This document shows, in pieces, positions 47,434-49,513 of a stretch of 49,513 bases of DNA; position 1 is the first letter of the stretch; each line of letters begins with the position of its first letter. The stretch is from Candidatus Actinomarina sp. (GTDB taxonomy: Bacteria > Actinomycetota > Acidimicrobiia > Actinomarinales > Actinomarinaceae). The position numbers and the translations under genes were made by a program. The stretch is taken from contig JADHQS010000002.1 of assembly GCA_016777845.1 (NCBI GenBank), positions 1 to 49,513 on the forward strand, read 5' to 3'. The notes beneath the pieces were generated by a model that had not been told where the DNA came from, did no database searches, and saw nothing but the letters and a program-made list of their open reading frames with translations.

Positions 47434-48126
47434 TAAAAGATATCCAAATATAAATCCACCTACATGCGCTTCCCAGGAAACATTTTGATCACCTAGTGAA
47501 ATAAATATTTGAGAAATAAACCAAAAAATCATAAAAAATTTAGCTTTGATTGTAGTTGGAAATAAGAATCCAAACGGGACTAGAACTAATAACCTTGCAT
47601 TAGGAAACATGTAAACGTAAGCACCCATTAATCCAGATACTATTCCAGATGCTCCTACTATAGGAACTAAACTTTCTTGGTTAAGAAAAGTATGAGAAAC
47701 AATACTAATTACACCTATGAACAAAAGAAAAAATAAATATTTTACTTTTCCTAGCTTATCTTCAACATTATTTCCAAAAATCCAAAAACTCCATAAATTT
47801 CCTAATATATGTAAAAAGTTTGCATGAAACAAGTTTGCCAAAATGACACTTAAAAATAAATTCTTGTTTGGAAAAATCACATTGAATTGATCGTAATAGC
47901 AACTGTTATTATAAAATTGCGATTCTGATAATGGAGTAAAATTTATAAGTTCACATGGAATTGCTGAGTATTGATAAAAGAAATTTATTAATTCAATTTG
48001 GTTTTTTGGTTGTATCAAAATAAAAATTAAAATCGTTGAAATCATAAATACTCTGGAAATAACAGGTGTATTTCTTGCAGGATTTATATCTGATATAGGT
48101 ATCACTTTATGAACATTATAAGTCAC
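47398..48126 (-). CDS. Rhomboid-family intramembrane serine protease
   Basis: It has FHANFLHILGNLW (HxxxN) and GASGIVSGLMGA (GxSG), with a later H in WEAHVGGF. It starts with GTG. Confidence 0.85.
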   Translation of the reverse strand: MTYNVHKVIPISDINPARNTPVISRVFMISTILIFILIQPKNQIELINFFYQYSAIPCELINFTPLSESQFYNNSCYYDQFNVIFPNKNLFLSVILANLFHANFLHILGNLWSFWIFGNNVEDKLGKVKYLFFLLFIGVISIVSHTFLNQESLVPIVGASGIVSGLMGAYVYMFPNARLLVLVPFGFLFPTTIKAKFFMIFWFISQIFISLGDQNVSWEAHVGGFIFGYLLLRLFSKKRYNI

Positions 48127-48127
48127 C

Positions 48128-48133
48128 TATAAT
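48128..48133 (+). promoter_or_regulatory. Candidate -10 box TATAAT, 6 nt upstream of the nadK ATG
   Basis: Consensus TATAAT-gtattt-ATG(48140) lies inside the 13-nt gap between the divergent rhomboid and nadK start codons. Confidence 0.4.
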
Positions 48134-48139
48134 GTATTT

Positions 48140-48937
48140 ATGGTTAAGTTGGCAATTGTTTCTTCAAAAAAATATCTTAAATCGAAACCAGCTGTTGATT
48201 TTCTACATTATCTAGATAGTCAAAAAATAAGTTATGAGAAATTAATTCTTGAAGACAAGAGTTATGAAAATACTTCCAAAGATACTTTCAATTTAATAAT
48301 AGGTATAGGTGGTGATGGAACAGCTCTTAAAGCTATGAAACTAGGATGGACTAACTCTGTACCTGTTTTAAATCTTGGTTCTGGCAGAGTTGGTTACTTA
48401 GTAAATTCATTCGAAACCATTAATTTACAGGAACTAGTAAAAAGTGATTTTAACAACTTCCAAAAAAGAGTTCCTATTGTTCAAAATAATGATGAAGAAG
48501 AACCAGCATTTAATGAGATAGTTTTGATAAAGAACTCTCCAACACGTATGTTAGATATTCAAATAGAGACATATGAGCAAGATGTAAAATTGAGAGCTGA
48601 TGGTGTTATAGTTTCTACTTCTATGGGCTCTACTGCATACAATTATTCTGCAGGAGGTCCTATTGTTCAAACCAGTATTGATTCATTAATAATTACTCCA
48701 ATATCTCCTTTTACAAAATTTCCAAGATCAGTTGTTTTAGATAAACATTCTGAAGTTAAAATTATTGTTCTTAAGAATCAAGATTTCTCTGTCCAGTTTG
48801 ACGGTAATGAAATACAGCAATGCAATGAACCTAACGACTTAGCCTTTACTTATAAATTGTCAACCAATGCACTAAAAGTGTTAGAAGAAAGTAATAAACC
48901 TAAACTAGATCATTTTTTAAACCAAATACTTAGATAG
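48140..48937 (+). CDS. nadK: NAD kinase
   Basis: It has GIGGDGTALKA, NE in AFNEIV, and STSMGSTAYNYSAGGPI. Confidence 0.9.
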   Translation: MVKLAIVSSKKYLKSKPAVDFLHYLDSQKISYEKLILEDKSYENTSKDTFNLIIGIGGDGTALKAMKLGWTNSVPVLNLGSGRVGYLVNSFETINLQELVKSDFNNFQKRVPIVQNNDEEEPAFNEIVLIKNSPTRMLDIQIETYEQDVKLRADGVIVSTSMGSTAYNYSAGGPIVQTSIDSLIITPISPFTKFPRSVVLDKHSEVKIIVLKNQDFSVQFDGNEIQQCNEPNDLAFTYKLSTNALKVLEESNKPKLDHFLNQILR

Positions 48938-48962
48938 TTCTTCACAATAAAAATAAATCTGT

Positions 48963-48968
48963 TATTAT
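48963..48968 (+). promoter_or_regulatory. Candidate -10 box TATTAT, 6 nt upstream of the pyrG GTG
   Basis: The sequence is TATTAT-tttgtc-GTG(48975). Confidence 0.35.
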
Positions 48969-48974
48969 TTTGTC

Positions 48975-49513
48975 GTGACCAAATACATATTTGTCACTGG
49001 CGGTGTAGTCTCTGGTCTTGGCAAAGGGATTACTTCTGCGTCTCTAGGAAACCTGCTCAAAGCTAGAGGTTTATCAATTGTCAATCAAAAATTAGATCCT
49101 TATATTAATGTTGATCCAGACACAATGAATCCTTTTCAGCATGGAGAAGTATTTGTAACTGAAGATGGAGCTACAACAGATTTAGATTTAGGACATTACG
49201 AAAGATTTACTGGAGTTAATTTAAGAAAAGATGCAAATGTTACAACTGGAAGCATTTATAGAAAGGTAATTGAAAGAGAACGAAAAGGAGACTATCTTGG
49301 TGCAACTGTCCAAGTGATTCCTCATATTACTGATGAAATTAAAAGAAGAATTAAAGGCATATCAAATGAAGTTGATGTACAAATCACTGAAATTGGTGGC
49401 ACAGTAGGCGATATTGAGATACTACCTTTTTTAGAAGCTGCAAGACAAATTAGAAAAGAGTTTGGTCCAGAAAATGTAATGTTCGTTCATGTTACTCTTG
49501 TACCTTTTATTGG
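48975..49513 (+). CDS. pyrG: CTP synthase, N-terminal part (3' truncated by the window edge)
   Basis: After a GTG start it reads [32 protein letters not shown]...[25 protein letters not shown], which is canonical PyrG. Confidence 0.95.
   Translation, partial: MTKYIFVTGGVVSGLGKGITSASLGNLLKARGLSIVNQKLDPYINVDPDTMNPFQHGEVFVTEDGATTDLDLGHYERFTGVNLRKDANVTTGSIYRKVIERERKGDYLGATVQVIPHITDEIKRRIKGISNEVDVQITEIGGTVGDIEILPFLEAARQIRKEFGPENVMFVHVTLVPFI

Noticed and set aside
1-49513. CRISPR arrays, IS elements or transposases, prophage genes, toxin-antitoxin pairs, restriction-modification or other defence systems, rRNA, or structured ncRNAs in intergenic DNA.
   Set aside because: None was seen. The largest non-coding gaps are about 110-120 nt and contain only AT-rich promoter-like sequence. 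The WYL-domain proteins sit in the conserved pafBC housekeeping context, not in a defence island.

Overview
This is an AT-rich (about 30% GC by eye), very compact chromosomal core segment. I call 61 protein-coding genes, two of them running off the window edges, plus two tRNA-Leu genes. By my tally of the gaps between calls, only about 0.95 kb (about 2%) is intergenic, and the longest gap is about 120 nt. The gene order is clearly actinobacterial and consists of several conserved blocks pushed together: ftsZ(3' end)-pgeF-yggS-sepF-yggT; ileS; dksA-like-lspA-RluA-family-dnaE; thyX, nth, ccdA, ygfZ-like; tRNA-Leu(CAA); polA-rpsA-coaE-uvrB-uvrA-uvrC-rapZ-pgk-tpiA-gpmA-secG-tRNA-Leu; guaC-grx-CDF-msrB; yajQ, crcB, trmL; an AI-2E transporter; trmI, ferredoxin, pafB-pafC-tatA-tatC-helY-like; DUF4193, GNAT, HAD, rhomboid, nadK, pyrG(5' end). 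This fits a genome-streamlined, low-GC planktonic actinobacterium, but that is inference only. I found no mobile elements, CRISPR arrays, long repeats, prophage or defence-island content, and no convincing novel multi-gene system. The signals worth a second look are architectural. (1) A TAnnnT -10-like hexamer sits about 6 nt upstream of most operon-leading start codons, with no Shine-Dalgarno sequence, which suggests leaderless mRNAs. (2) All eight convergent gene pairs overlap at their 3' ends. (3) One tRNA-Leu has the anticodon AAG, which is unusual for bacteria. (4) Conserved actinobacterial genes are cleanly absent from otherwise intact syntenic junctions: divIVA; yvcK-whiA-gap; arc-dop-pup-prcBA-pafA with pafBC retained; and tlyA/recN. 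(5) uvrB-uvrA-uvrC form one translationally coupled string. (6) There are unannotated small ORFs: a TatA-like 56-aa ORF and a chain of overlapping small membrane ORFs.
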